Below are positions 63,201 through 64,000 of a stretch of DNA of 64,000 nt, piece by piece. The stretch is from assembly GCA_001179505.1 (NCBI GenBank), contig CDMY01000356.1, positions 372,001 to 436,000 of the forward strand, written 5' to 3'. Position numbers and translations under genes: made by a program. The notes beneath the pieces are model-generated. The model saw only the letters and a program-made list of their open reading frames with translations. It was not told where the DNA came from and did not search any database. The stretch comes from Vitrella brassicaformis CCMP3155 (lineage: Eukaryota; Protista; Chromerida). Every line of letters begins with the position of its first letter. Position 1 is the stretch's first letter.

Positions 63201-63621
63201 ATGACACACGCCCGTTGCCATGTTGGCCGCAAGCGAATGGCGGAGGTCCCTGTTGTCCTTGCTGTTGGCTGTGGTTGTGTGCCGGCGAACCGTCGGGTGT
63301 GTCGGGTCCGATGAGCAGCGGCAGCGGGGGAAGGGGAGGGGGAGGGAGGTAAGGACCCACCGCGGCCGCATCGGCGGGAGGCGGCGGAGGGCGGTACCCA
63401 TAGACAGCAGCGTCGTCGTCAGGGTCTGGCGGCGCGTATGGGATAGGGGGGCCGCTGCTCGTAGCGAGTGTTCTCGGGTTGCTGGTGTTGCTGTTGCGGG
63501 GTTCCTCTTCTTGGTGCACGGTCAGCGTTCGTCCGCTGAGCTGCTGGTGCAAGATGATCTCGTGCTGCAGCACCTGCTGCAACACCTCATGCACCGCGCC
63601 ATCCCGTGGATGCATGGACAT
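60259..63621 (-). CDS. RING-H2 finger protein with long disordered Pro/Gln-rich flanks (putative E3 ligase)
   Basis: CAICHEEFETLTLIRRVDKCGHKYHV|WCLDVWLEKAHNCPMCR, joined across a GTGAGG...CTGCAG intron (~62160-62077). Start and stop positions are approximate. Confidence 0.75.
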
Positions 63622-64000
63622 CACAGGGGGAGAACCGTACAGGCGTAAAGTGCCGTCAGGTTGTCTCGACGCTTTGACGATGGAGCACCGGCGAATAAGG
63701 CTGACAGAATAGACAGCTGGGAGAGAGCCTTTGGAGCAGAATTGGCGAGAGAGTTGCGCGCTTTGCCCTTGAAGTTGCGATCCGAGACGGAGGTGTCACG
63801 CGCGGCGGACAAGGCATTGGAACAGTGTGTCATGCATTCCCTGTCTGACTCCGTTGGATGAATCGATTCACATGGTGCATCAATCAATCAGTTCATGAGC
63901 GCTAGGGAGGACAAGTTGGGGACAAGTCTGTCTGCCAAACGTACCGTACCCCACTCAGTCAGTCATGAGAAGCACTGACATGACATGACATGACCGATAA

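Noticed and set aside
1-64000. CRISPR arrays, tRNA/rRNA genes, prokaryotic operons
   Set aside because: No repeat-spacer arrays, cloverleaf or rRNA-like segments were recognised by eye, and the window is spliceosomal-intron eukaryotic DNA. tRNAscan-SE or Infernal would be needed to exclude small RNAs.

Overview
Intron-rich, GC-rich eukaryotic nuclear DNA. Short introns are filled with (CA)n/(GT)n, (GACA)n/(TGTC)n and (GGAT)n microsatellites. This style and the ankyrin family present suggest a chromerid alveolate such as Vitrella brassicaformis (inference). About 18 spliced genes were reconstructed by hand: EGF-TM-RING-H2 protein (5' truncated), triple Tudor/KOW-like protein, DUF4795/QRICH2-like coiled-coil protein, degenerate CysQ-type phosphatase, PWWP + 2x NUMOD1/IENR1-like protein, SPCS2, HVA22/REEP-like protein, an ADD-domain C5-cytosine methyltransferase, Sfi1-like protein, membrane-anchored A1 aspartic protease, ankyrin-UIM-RING protein, FANCI, a 70-aa coiled-coil microprotein, an ammonium transporter, ribophorin II and a RING-H2 protein. 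The headline is a DNA methyltransferase that is invisible in the ORF track because introns split its catalytic motifs (PCQ|GFS, E|NV, QM|VSDCVPP). It joins an ATRX/DNMT3-type ADD finger to a PCQGFS-type catalytic domain and lies near a PWWP-NUMOD1 gene and a multi-Tudor-like gene. Other signals: zebrafish-like (AC)n...(GT)n fold-back introns, five tight head-to-head gene pairs, ten consecutive phase-2 introns, and CpG-deamination-type lesions. No tRNA, rRNA, CRISPR array or intact transposon was recognised. Exon coordinates are manual readings and are untested.
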